DNA of 63,650 nucleotides, counting the filler. It is 4 parts of 4 records of this genome, joined end to end, with 100 filler letters (N's around TTAATTAATTAA, not from the genome) between each part and the next. Parts side by side here need not be neighbours in the genome. Positions count along the whole stretch, not along the records: positions 1 to 14,819 come from SRR20825006_1184; positions 14,920 to 23,958 come from SRR20825006_1188; 2 more parts are not named here. One strand, given 5' to 3'. The translations under genes and the position numbers were made by a program. Under the pieces are notes generated by a model, which saw nothing but the letters and a program-made list of their open reading frames with translations, searched no databases and was not told where the DNA came from. Below, piece after piece: positions 8,828-18,547 of this stretch (the stretch's first letter is position 1; each line of letters opens with the position of its first letter).

Positions 8828-11587
8828 TCAGGAGACCAAAAGTTCGGCTTCGTGTTTGCGAAGAATGCGACGCGCAGCGGTAAATCCACCGCGGGCCGAC
8901 ACGTCTTGCAATTCCGGGAAGAGTGCAAAGATTTCCTGACGGGCCTCTTCGCCAATTCCGGCAAGGGTGTAATCGCCCGGCTGGAAGCTTTCCGACCATG
9001 TCCCGTCCGAGAGGACCACTTCGTGGCGCTCGAACATGACGTGGATATAGGTCACCTCAGCCGCGTCGATCACCTCGACACCGTCCAAGCGGGTCAGGTG
9101 TTTGGCCGCCACGAGAACTTCGTGCTCGTCAAACAAAAGCGCGGCTTTTTCATTGGAAACCAACATGCGGTGGTTTGGAGACACCATCATGTCGCGCTCC
9201 GGCAGACCGGCACCAAGTGCGCCCTGACGGATCATCACTGGCATCAACGCGCGACGGGCCGCCAGATCGGCAGAGGACAGGGATTTCTTGCCAATCCACT
9301 GAATCGCCTGAAGACCGTTGTCGCGGGTGATGACTTTGTCGCCCACTTTGAGGGTTTCCACCGCGACTTCGCCTTTGGGTGTCGCAAGCAGCGTCCCCGG
9401 CGTGAAGCAAGGGATGATTTCCTCGATGTTGGTGTAGTTGATGTTGGCGTAGGAGTCCGTACCGGCATTGTAGAGTTGGATCTGGCCGTCAAAGCCGTTG
9501 CCATCGGAGTCCGGGTTTTGCACGTCGTGGGTGACCACCCATCCATCGGACAACAAGGCAGACAGATCAAGCGTATCCCAATCGACACCGCCATCGCCAC
9601 CATGCACCGTGGTGTTGTAAACGCCAGATGTGACATCATCAAAGGTGACATAGATCGTATCTTCGTCATCGCCGCCGGAGAGGACGTCATTGTCGCCACC
9701 GCCGTAGATCGTATCCTGATCTGCGCCACCATCGACAATGTCATGGCCCGCGCCAGCATGAATGGTGTCGTCGTCAATGCCGCCATAGATGGTGTCGTCA
9801 CCTGCATCGCCATAGATCAGATCATCGTCGTCTTGACCGTAGATCGTGTCGTTGCCCGCACCGCCATGGATCACGTCCTGACCGTTGTCGGTGACAAGAT
9901 CGCCCGCGTCATCGGGGATGTTCAGGCTGTCCGGGAAGCCCGGTGCAAGACCACCATAGATGATGTCATTGCCCTCGCCGCCGTCGATCGTATCGGAGCC
10001 TTCGCCACCGACGATAAAGTCGTCACCGGAGCCACCCAAAATGGTGTCATCGTCAAAGCCGCCGTCGATGGTGTCATTGTCGGCACCGCCGTCAATGTAA
10101 TCATTGTCATCGCCACCCGAAATCGTGTCATTGCCCGCGCCGCCCAGCAGCGTGTCCATGTCATTGGTGGTGTCAGAATCGCCCGGGAAAACGCCCGGGT
10201 AGCCGCGATCCGGGCTGCCGATGTCGCCGCCGACGATGATGTCGTCGCCGTCGCCGCCTTCGATATGATCAACGCCGTCGCCCCCATCGAGGTAGTCGTC
10301 GCCGCCACCGCCGGAGATGGTATCATCGCCACCCATGCCCCAGAATTCATTGGTATATGTGTCGGACGGATCGGTGCCCTGATGATCAAAGCCGGTCAGG
10401 GTGTCGTCATAGTCAGAGCCGATCACGCCGTCGATACCGCTGGAAACGGTGTCGTTTTCAGCGTCACCACCAGAGAGCGTCGAGGTCGACAGGTCGACAT
10501 TCACCGCCGCGTCTGAACCGGAATAATCAATGTTGTCCTGACCTGCACCGCCGGTGAACGTGTCCGCACCGGCGCCACCGATAAAGGTGTCGTCGCCTGC
10601 GCCGCCGTCCAGCGTGTTGGTGCCTTCGTCGCCTTGCAACGTGTCATTGCCACCTTGGCCAAAGATCACGTCATCGCCTGCGCCGCCAATCAAGGTGTCG
10701 TCGCCTGCCCCTTCGGTCAGCTCGGTGCCGGAAACGGCATCAAAGGTCACGTCAGAAATATGAATGCCCGACACGCCCGTGCCCGGATTGGTGTGGATGA
10801 TCTGAAGCGAGGCCACCGGGCCCGCGATGCTCACCGTAACGGTGTTGCTGTCGGCGGAAGGTGACACGTTGTCGGTGTCCTCGGCGGTGACCGTATTGCC
10901 CGAGAGGATCAGGTCAGAGCCGATGTCAAACGTGACCGGGATTTCATTGCCGTCCGCGTCATAGGCGATCACGGTCACCTGACCGAGATTGGCGTCGATG
11001 TCGGAGATGTTGAAGGTGACGTTTTGCACATCGTCAGAGAAGGACATGTCATAGGTGCCGACTTCTCCCGCCGCCGCGTTGGACGCGAGGGAGGAGTGAG
11101 CGTCTGCGCCATCGACCCCATCGACGTTGACCGTGTTGGTGGAGAAATTCGAATCCACGCCAATGTTGCTGGCGTGCCATGTGTCATAGGTGTCCGGGGT
11201 GGTGACCGTCACTGTGACATTGCCGGTGTTTTGGGTCAGCGTCAGACCTTCGAGGTCATCGCCATTGTCGACGGTGCCAAGGCCACACCAATCCTGATCT
11301 TTGATGTCAGCCCAAGAGAATGTTTCGGTGGATGTGGTGGTTGTTACGCCTGTGTCACCATAGATGGTGTCATTGCCTTCGCCACCCAGCACGGTGTCAT
11401 CACCGCCGCCCGCATAGACAATATCATTCAGGCCATCTGCCCCATCAATAACATCGCCTTCAGGATCTCCAGTGTAAGCGACGTCGATATAATCGTCACC
11501 TGCGGTCCCATCAACAGTCCCTGCAATCGGGGCCGGCGTTGTCGGAGTTGGATCTTTTGGATCGCAATCATCATGCGTATATGTCAT
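8828..11587 (-). CDS. RTX/hemolysin-type Ca2+-binding repeat protein with C-terminal Hint (Hint_2/BIL) domain
   Basis: Many GGxGxD nonapeptides. The C-terminal domain starts IPCFTPGT...TRDNG, with SPNHRML and HVMFERHEVVLSDGTWSESF. GAAGGA RBS upstream. Confidence 0.92.
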   Translation of the reverse strand: MTYTHDDCDPKDPTPTTPAPIAGTVDGTAGDDYIDVAYTGDPEGDVIDGADGLNDIVYAGGGDDTVLGGEGNDTIYGDTGVTTTTSTETFSWADIKDQDWCGLGTVDNGDDLEGLTLTQNTGNVTVTVTTPDTYDTWHASNIGVDSNFSTNTVNVDGVDGADAHSSLASNAAAGEVGTYDMSFSDDVQNVTFNISDIDANLGQVTVIAYDADGNEIPVTFDIGSDLILSGNTVTAEDTDNVSPSADSNTVTVSIAGPVASLQIIHTNPGTGVSGIHISDVTFDAVSGTELTEGAGDDTLIGGAGDDVIFGQGGNDTLQGDEGTNTLDGGAGDDTFIGGAGADTFTGGAGQDNIDYSGSDAAVNVDLSTSTLSGGDAENDTVSSGIDGVIGSDYDDTLTGFDHQGTDPSDTYTNEFWGMGGDDTISGGGGDDYLDGGDGVDHIEGGDGDDIIVGGDIGSPDRGYPGVFPGDSDTTNDMDTLLGGAGNDTISGGDDNDYIDGGADNDTIDGGFDDDTILGGSGDDFIVGGEGSDTIDGGEGNDIIYGGLAPGFPDSLNIPDDAGDLVTDNGQDVIHGGAGNDTIYGQDDDDLIYGDAGDDTIYGGIDDDTIHAGAGHDIVDGGADQDTIYGGGDNDVLSGGDDEDTIYVTFDDVTSGVYNTTVHGGDGGVDWDTLDLSALLSDGWVVTHDVQNPDSDGNGFDGQIQLYNAGTDSYANINYTNIEEIIPCFTPGTLLATPKGEVAVETLKVGDKVITRDNGLQAIQWIGKKSLSSADLAARRALMPVMIRQGALGAGLPERDMMVSPNHRMLVSNEKAALLFDEHEVLVAAKHLTRLDGVEVIDAAEVTYIHVMFERHEVVLSDGTWSESFQPGDYTLAGIGEEARQEIFALFPELQDVSARGGFTAARRILRKHEAELLVS

Positions 11588-12331
11588 CTTCTCATTCCTT
11601 CACCACCGCTCGACAAGAACGGAAAAATAACGCGACCGGTTGCCCGGATGAGTCCCATAAACACAAGACCAAAGCGTCTGCATTAATGCTGTAAAGGTCG
11701 AGAAGACATAGCCATCACTTCGATGGCAAAACTCGCAATCGTCACACGCAGCAGCAGATCAAATAAACGATCCATGTACCACATCGGACACGCAAGCCGA
11801 CGTCCTTCCCGGACTTCGAAACTTAACGCAGCCGCCCCCGTGGCCTTATGTTGCCCCCCAGTTGGGCCTCTTATGGATATGTCAAAAAGGTGGCTGTGCA
11901 AACGGGGAAAATGGGCGAAAAATTGTCCTGTCTTGGAAAAGTGCCGCAAATCACGCGGTGAAATTGGCCTATTCTCACGCGAATTGGGCATGGATTTAGC
12001 TGCGGTTTTTGCGCGAAATTGATTTTTTTATTATTTATATTCAATGTTCTAAATTCGTTATTGCCCTACAAGATATAGCCCGTCTGACGCTGATTAACCT
12101 TAAGTCAACGTCCCCAACGGACACCGCCTTTATCCTGCCTCAATTTTAACCCATTCCTAGATCGCCAGTCTCGAAATGGAACCAATGGTCGCGATTGCTT
12201 TGAAATAGGGCAAAAGTGAAAACAATAACATTGGACCTCTTCGAATCACTGTGACGAAAGCCTGGCGGCAACAGCGGCTTAACATCTTGGTAAATGCTAC
12301 AAATCTCCGACTCGCCTGGAGCAGAAGGCAT

Positions 12332-12790
12332 TTAGATCACGATTTCGGACGGTTCGATGATGGCCTCCATCGCCACATGGGTTGAGGTCGAATTGACAAA
12401 GGGCAGCGCCGAAATTTTATCTCCCATCACTTGACGATAATGGTTTATATCATGGGCGCGCACTTTGACGAGATAATCAAACCCTCCCGCGATCATGTAG
12501 CATTCCTCGATTTCGGGCACGAGTTTGACCGCCTCATTGAATTTCTTGAGCGCAGATTCACGGGTGTCGGACATGCGCACCTCGACAAATGTGACATGGC
12601 TCAACCCGAGTTTGAGTGGCGAGACAACGGCGCGGTAGGCCGAGATCAGCCCCGCCTCTTCCATGTTCTTGATCCGCGCGGCCACGGGTGTTTTCGAAAG
12701 TCCAACCCGTTTGGCCAATTCTGTCACTGGAATCCGGGCGTTGTGTTGCAATTCGCGCAGGATTTTGCGGTCAGCGTCGTCGATAATCAT
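12332..12790 (-). CDS. putR: Lrp/AsnC family regulator, proline utilisation regulator
   Basis: DRKILRELQHNARIPVTELAKRVGLSKTP HTH and GGFDYL; divergent from putA. Confidence 0.88.
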   Translation of the reverse strand: MIIDDADRKILRELQHNARIPVTELAKRVGLSKTPVAARIKNMEEAGLISAYRAVVSPLKLGLSHVTFVEVRMSDTRESALKKFNEAVKLVPEIEECYMIAGGFDYLVKVRAHDINHYRQVMGDKISALPFVNSTSTHVAMEAIIEPSEIVI

Positions 12791-12906
12791 TATTCGTCCT
12801 TTTTGTGGGGTGTTTTTGTCCGATTTACCTGCATCAATACCCTCTTTTGGACGCAACGACCAGAGGAACGCAGATATTCAGGGTGAAACAAATTCCGGAG
12901 TGGACC

Positions 12907-14819
12907 ATGTTCGATCATAAATTCGACACGTTTTCAGGGCACGCCAAAATTGCTCCTGAACAGGATGTTTTGAAAGACCTCATGCAACAGGGCGCCCTGA
13001 CGGAGCCGGAACGCGTGGCGATTTCGAACCGGGCGGCAGGTTACATTCGCCGCATTCGGGCCGAGGCCAACCCCGGCTTGATGGAAAAATTCCTCGCGGA
13101 ATATGGCCTCTCAACCCAGGAGGGCGTGGCGTTGATGTGTCTGGCCGAAGCGATGTTGCGCGTGCCGGATGCCACAACCATCGACGCGCTGATCGAGGAT
13201 AAAATTGCCCCCTCCGATTGGTCGAAACACATTGGCGAAGCCTCCTCTCCGCTGGTCAATGCCTCGACATGGGCTTTGATGCTCACCGGCCGGGTGTTGG
13301 ACGAACGCGATCCGGGCGTGGCGCGTGTGTTGCGCGCGGCGATCAAACGTGTGGGCGAGCCGGTGATCCGCGTCGCCGTGGGTCAGGCAATGAAACAGAT
13401 GGGCCGTCAGTTCGTTTTGGGTCAGACCATCGACAAGGCGCTGGAGCGCGCCCGTGAGCGTGAAAAACAGGGCTACACCTATAGCTACGACATGTTGGGC
13501 GAGGCCGCGATGACGAAAGCCGACGCCACGCGCTATGCCAAATCCTACAGCGATGCGATCAAAAGCATTGCCAAGGCCGCCACTCACGGCTCGGTTGAAA
13601 CCAATCCCGGCATCTCGATCAAACTCTCCGCCTTGCACCCGCGCTATCAGGTCGCCCAAGAGCCGCGCGTGATGGCCGAGCTGGTGCCGATCGTGCATGA
13701 TCTCTCGGTGCAGGCGAAACAGGCCGGGATCGGCCTGAACATCGACGCCGAAGAACAGGACCGTTTGGTCCTCTCGCTCAAAGTGATCGAAGCGGTGCTG
13801 ATGAGCGACGATCTCGCGGGCTGGAATGGCTTTGGCGTGGTTGTGCAAGCCTATGGCAAACGCGCCGGTCAGACGATTGACTGGCTCAACGCGCTGGCCA
13901 CGCATCTGGATCGCAAAATCATGGTCCGTCTGGTCAAAGGCGCCTATTGGGACACCGAAATGAAACGGGCGCAGGTCGAAGGTCTCGACGATTTCCCGCT
14001 GTTCACCAACAAGACCGCGACCGATGTCAGCTACATCGCCAATGCGCGCAAATTGTTTGGTTATTCGGATCGGATCTATCCGCAATTCGCCTCCCATAAC
14101 GCCCATTCCGTCGCGGCGATTTTGGACATGGCCGAGGGCCGTCCGTTTGAATTCCAGCGGCTGCATGGTATGGGCGAGCAGCTACATGATGTTGTCATCA
14201 ATGACGAAAAAAACCGCTGCCGGATCTACGCCCCGGTTGGCGCGCATCGCGATTTGTTGGCCTATCTCGTCCGCCGCCTGCTTGAAAACGGCGCGAACTC
14301 GTCCTTTGTGAACCAATTGGTGGACGAAGACGTCAGCCCGGAAGAGATCGCCGCCGATCCGTTCGCCGCGCTGGCCACCGCCACCGCCCCGTCCGGTCTG
14401 CGCGCTCCGAGGGACTTGTTTGCCACCGAAGGCCGGACCAATTCCAAGGGCTTTGATCTCTCGGATGAGGCCACTCTGGCGGAGATTGACGCCGCCCGTA
14501 ATGTGCCCCTGCCCGAGGCCGGGCCGATCACCCTGCGCCCGGCCACAGGCACGACTTGCGATGTTGTGAATCCGGCCACGGGTGAGGTTGTGAGTACGGT
14601 TTTGGAGGCCGACGAGGCCACCGCCCTGTGCGCCATCGAGGATGCGACGACCTGGGACGCGCCCGTATCTGAGCGTGCGCAGGTGCTGCGCCGCGCCGCC
14701 GATCTCTATGAGGCCAATGCCGGTTTGATCTTTGCCACTTTGGCGCGTGAGGCGGGCAAAACCTTGGCCGATTGCGTTGGCGAACTGCGCGAAGCGGTTG
14801 ATTTCCTGCGCTATTACGC
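12907..14819 (+). CDS. putA: Bifunctional proline dehydrogenase / P5C dehydrogenase, truncated by contig end
   Basis: EGVALMCLAEA, SYDMLGEAA, SIKLSALHPRY, VRLVKGAYWD, YLVRRLLENGANSSF, ELREAVDFLRYY. Confidence 0.96.
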
Positions 14820-14919
14820 NNNNNNNNNNNNNNNNNNNNNNNNNNNNNNNNNNNNNNNNNNNNTTAATTAATTAANNNNNNNNNNNNNNNNNNNNNNNNN
14901 NNNNNNNNNNNNNNNNNNN
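14820..14919. other. Artificial contig linker (N-run with all-frame stop TTAATTAATTAA)
   Basis: Seen directly; the same structure occurs at three places. Confidence 0.98.
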
Positions 14920-15202
14920 CAAGGCCGACGTGGTGATGTCGGACATGGCAGCGTCGAGTTCCGGCCACAAGCAGACCGACCACCTGCGGATCATCGCGCT
15001 GTGCGAAGCGGCGGCCTATTTCGCTTTTGACGTGCTGGAAGTGGGCGGCACATTTGTCGCCAAAGTGCTGGCCGGTGGTGCCGAGGGCGATTTGCAAAAG
15101 CTGCTGAAGCAACGGTTCGACAAGGTGGCGAACATCAAACCGCCGTCGTCACGCGCCGACAGTTCAGAAAAATTCGTCGTCGCAACCGGTTTTCGCGGCT
15201 AA
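14920..15202 (+). CDS. rlmE: 23S rRNA 2'-O-methyltransferase RlmE/FtsJ, 3' fragment
   Basis: DVVMSDMA...GHKQTDHLR...GGTFVAKV...[11 protein letters not shown]. Confidence 0.93.
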
Positions 15203-15290
15203 GATCGGCCGTCGGAATACGATTTATTAAGCGCTGCGTGCTTTGATGGCCGTGCTCCCGACGTGGGGCAGGCCACAAGGAACCAGGCAC

Positions 15291-15734
15291 ATGCTCAAGC
15301 CACTCTTTGATACAACAGTGACAGGATGGTCCGGGCAAACCGGGCTGAATGCCATCAGCAATGATGCGATGCAGGAGTTTGCACAGCGTTTGCTGGCCAA
15401 GCAGCTGCTGTGCAAGGACGTGATCGCGGCGGTGCAGGCCTGCAATCGGTCAGGGTTGTGGGGCGGTCCGGGCAGACTTGCCCCGGTGTCACCCCGCAGT
15501 GACGACGCACTGAACATGCGTATGACCGCAAGGCTGTGGTCTGTCATTTCGACCACGCGGGGCCGCGTTGCGGCCTTGAGCGTGATGGATCAAAGCGGGC
15601 TGATGGTGGGTCAGGCGCATTCCGCCCAAAGCGGCGCCGCGCATCACGCGCATATTTCGCTCAGTCTGGCGGACCCGAACAGCGGCACAGTGATCGGCGC
15701 CGTGGTGTTCGAGTTGGACGCTGCGCAATTCTGA
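15291..15734 (+). CDS. Divergent, signal-less paralogue of the stand-alone PDC/Cache-like protein at 16145
   Basis: C-terminal ISLSLADPNSGTVIGAVVFELDA aligns by eye with VSLSLTDPATGEMIGAVTFGLNA, and VMDQSGLMV with IMDAQGLNV. AAGGA RBS. Confidence 0.6.
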   Translation: MLKPLFDTTVTGWSGQTGLNAISNDAMQEFAQRLLAKQLLCKDVIAAVQACNRSGLWGGPGRLAPVSPRSDDALNMRMTARLWSVISTTRGRVAALSVMDQSGLMVGQAHSAQSGAAHHAHISLSLADPNSGTVIGAVVFELDAAQF

Positions 15735-15739
15735 CGCGG

Positions 15740-15922
15740 TCAGTCGTGCCGTGAAAAGGACTGTTTGGCGACGGCTTTGATTTGCGCGGCCTCTTCTGCG
15801 CTGATCTGCCGGATCGTGAACCCCTTGATCCGCGCAACCGTTGTCGCGGCACGGTTCTCCTGACGCAACAGCTCGAACAGGCGCTGGTGGCGCGGGGCAG
15901 TGTGCTGGGACAGATACGACAT
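15740..15922 (-). CDS. Small hypothetical protein (60 aa)
   Basis: AAAGGAAAAGG purine tract just before the ATG; fills the gap between the two paralogues. Confidence 0.45.
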   Translation of the reverse strand: MSYLSQHTAPRHQRLFELLRQENRAATTVARIKGFTIRQISAEEAAQIKAVAKQSFSRHD

Positions 15923-16144
15923 TGGCCTTTTCCTTTGGACGCACTGGCTGAAAGCGGTGCGCTTGCTGATGATTGTGCATGTTTGTCAGCGGTTTGCGGC
16001 AACCGTAGGGCCGCGCAAAGGCGTGTTTGGGGAAACTCCGCACAATTCGAAAGAGATTTCCGACTGATACGCAGCGCGGGTAACCCGCGATTCACGCCGG
16101 TTCGATAGCAATCTGTGGATCGTTTCAGCCACAGGAGATTCCCA

Positions 16145-16720
16145 ATGATCAAACGCCTTATGACGGCCGCGGCCGCACTTGTTCTGCTGACCAACCCGCT
16201 GGCCGCCGCCGAAGCGGACGGGGCAATGGCCCAATATGCCAGCGAAAGGGCGGCGGAATGGCTGATGAATGATACGGTCGTTGCGGCGATCATGGCCCAG
16301 AACGCGCGCACCGCTGGTCTGAGCGCGGCTGAGATCGACAGCCTGGACAAGGATTGGCGCGCGCAGGTGGGGCATGCGGATATGCCGCTGATCGCGTCGG
16401 TGGTGCACAGCCCCTTATCGGTCGAACTGACCGATCATGTCGCAGACGCGGGTGGCATGATCACCGAGGTTTTCATCATGGACGCCCAAGGCCTGAACGT
16501 CGCCGCCAGCGCCGTGACCTCGGACTACTGGCAGGGCGACGAGGCGAAGTTCCAGGAAACCTATGGCGTGGGACCGGATGCAGTGCACATCAGCGAGATC
16601 GAGCTGGACGAAAGCACCCAGACCTATCAGGCGCAGGTGTCCTTGAGCCTGACGGATCCCGCCACGGGCGAGATGATTGGTGCGGTGACCTTCGGCCTGA
16701 ACGCGCAGGCGTTTTATTAA
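16145..16720 (+). CDS. Exported stand-alone PDC/Cache-like sensor-domain protein
   Basis: AGGAG RBS, signal peptide ending LAA-AE, EVFIMDAQGLNVA and TSDYWQGDEAKF motifs; no transmembrane or output domain. Confidence 0.75.
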   Translation: MIKRLMTAAAALVLLTNPLAAAEADGAMAQYASERAAEWLMNDTVVAAIMAQNARTAGLSAAEIDSLDKDWRAQVGHADMPLIASVVHSPLSVELTDHVADAGGMITEVFIMDAQGLNVAASAVTSDYWQGDEAKFQETYGVGPDAVHISEIELDESTQTYQAQVSLSLTDPATGEMIGAVTFGLNAQAFY

Positions 16721-16946
16721 GGAAAAGACGAGCGGCGGGGCTTTGCAATCGGTCCCGACGCTCTTTCGCGACTGACGTAAACGTATCAACCGTATTTCAA
16801 AGCAGCGGCACCAAAAGACCATTAAGCTGCGGAAGCTTAGGAAACGGCAGTTCTGAATTTCTATTCAAAATTCGACGCGTGCTTCCAAGTATCGCGCTTT
16901 GAAAACGCAAATGCCACCGCGACATGAGGGTGACAGTGAATGACGA

Positions 16947-17207
16947 TTAGCCAGTCAAATGTGCGCGTGCACGCTCAAAATGCCGGATCAGTTCGGCATG
17001 GTCGTTTCCGAGTCCCTCAACACAGTAGGGGTTCAAAAACTGGCGACCCGCAAACAGGCTCTTATCGGTTGGGGATAGTCCGGCAATTTCGCAATTCGCG
17101 TCCCATTCTCCAGCGATTATCGAGATTTGGTCCTTGATAATTTCGATAGCTTCATCCTCTGCTATTAAGAAATCCTCGGCGGAAGCCAACAAGGACAGCA
17201 ACCTCAA
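16947..17207 (-). pseudogene. hipA: C-terminal remnant of a HipA-family kinase toxin
   Basis: AEDFLIAEDEAIEII...WDANCEIAGLSPTDKSLFAGRQFLNPY resembles HipA-like C-termini. The kinase core and antitoxin are absent. Confidence 0.6.
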
Positions 17208-17415
17208 AGACAGTGCCGATCTCAGGCCCAGGCTCGCCCACTTAAAAATTATCGTATGCGATCATAATGGGACCAGGGTTTGCACGAGGCGCAGCGGCAA
17301 CCCCTGATCAGGGGAAACGAGCACTTGAGGCGGCCCAAAATCGGGACAGGTCCAACAGGATAAACCGGACCGCCGAGATTTCGCTATGCACCACAAATCA
17401 CTCATGATCCCATCG

Positions 17416-17661
17416 TTACGACAACCGACCCCGACGGACCGAATTTCCCCCGGCGATGATTTTTCTGATCAGGACGGCGACCGCTTGATGATCTTCGAAA
17501 TCGGCGTCTGTTTCCTTGATGTTTTCGTGAACTTCGGCAGCGTCCTTGAGAACACCCAGGATTTCAGCCTCCGGCAGAATATGCGCGTCATTCAGCGCCA
17601 GCATCAGCGACTCGCAAATGGACAGCGCCGCCATCCCGGCATGTGTGTTATGATCAGACAC
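17416..17661 (-). CDS. Small hypothetical protein divergent from the Crp/Fnr gene
   Basis: GTG start after GAAAGG; AGMAALSICESLMLAL...IIAGGNSVRR reads as a genuine protein. Confidence 0.65.
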   Translation of the reverse strand: MSDHNTHAGMAALSICESLMLALNDAHILPEAEILGVLKDAAEVHENIKETDADFEDHQAVAVLIRKIIAGGNSVRRGRLS

Positions 17662-17747
17662 GTTTAATCGGCCTTTCAAGGTGTTCCGTATGGCGCGGAA
17701 TATCCGTGCCCCGGTTCCAACAGCTTTTCAAACAATGTTTGCCGATG

Positions 17748-17765
17748 GGCTGATCTAGATCAGCC
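17748..17765. promoter_or_regulatory. FNR/FixK-box-like perfect palindrome
   Basis: GGCTGATCTAGATCAGCC (CTGAT-N4-ATCAG versus consensus TTGAT-N4-ATCAA), between divergent genes upstream of a Crp/Fnr regulator. Confidence 0.6.
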
Positions 17766-17776
17766 GATCATCTGGA

Positions 17777-18544
17777 TTGCCATATAAAGATTTCACGTCG
17801 TTCAAAAGGAGCTTTATCATCGCCACCATTCCTCTCGTCCGCAAGTTGAGTGCGTTCGTCGCCCTGTCCGGGGCCGAGATTGACGTTCTCGAAGGCCTGC
17901 GCAAACGGCGTCGCACCTTCGTTGCTGGGCGCGATCTGGTCCATCAGGGCCAGTCCGATCAGGCGGCCTATATCCTCATGTCTGGCTGGGCCTGCTCCTA
18001 CAAGGATCTGGCCGACGGGCAGCGGCAGATCGTCGATTTCCAGGTGCCGGGCGATTTTCTGGGATTGCGTAGCGTGCTTCTGCACATCTCGGATCACAGC
18101 ATAGAACCGGTCACGGACATCGAAGTGACTGAGGTTCTCAAGGCCGATCTGCTGGAAGCTTTCGCGCAGACACCACGGCTTGCACTGGCAATCTTCTGGG
18201 CCGCGTCACGGGACGAGGCAATGGTGGTGGAACACCTGGTCGGAGTAGGGCGGCGCAATGCGGCAGAGCGGCTGGCGCATTTCCTGCTCGAGCTTGGGGC
18301 GCGGCTGGCGTTGATTGGCCAGGGCAGCAAGGCGGGGTACGACTGTCCGCTGACCCAATACCTGATGGCAGATGCACTGGGATTGAGCGCGGTTCACGTC
18401 AACCGCGTCCTAAGGCTCTTGCGGGAGGCCGATCTTCTGACATTTCGCGATGGCCACGTGACGTTCATCGACTACGAGGGCCTCACCGCGTTTGCGGATT
18501 TCGATCCAAGCCACCTCGATCACGCCGGCCCGCTTTTGACATGA
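17777..18544 (+). CDS. Crp/Fnr family transcriptional regulator (FixK-like, no Cys cluster)
   Basis: GQRQIVDFQVPGDFLG, ERLAHFLLEL, HTH LADALGLSAVHVNRVL. True start uncertain (see findings). Confidence 0.9.
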   Translation: MPYKDFTSFKRSFIIATIPLVRKLSAFVALSGAEIDVLEGLRKRRRTFVAGRDLVHQGQSDQAAYILMSGWACSYKDLADGQRQIVDFQVPGDFLGLRSVLLHISDHSIEPVTDIEVTEVLKADLLEAFAQTPRLALAIFWAASRDEAMVVEHLVGVGRRNAAERLAHFLLELGARLALIGQGSKAGYDCPLTQYLMADALGLSAVHVNRVLRLLREADLLTFRDGHVTFIDYEGLTAFADFDPSHLDHAGPLLT

Positions 18545-18547
18545 GGA

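Noticed and set aside
8852-10516. 554-aa plus-strand ORF with repetitive Val/Ile pattern
   Set aside because: Mirror frame of the RTX repeats in the Hint gene.
9650-10720. Periodic repeats suggesting a CRISPR or tandem array
   Set aside because: They are degenerate coding GGxGxD nonapeptide repeats with no constant repeat/unique spacer structure and no cas genes.
11683-12331. Short ORFs upstream of the Hint gene
   Set aside because: No RBS, atypical composition and no recognisable motifs.
14864-14875. TTAATTAATTAA palindrome occurring three times
   Set aside because: Artificial all-frame stop spacer inside N-runs.
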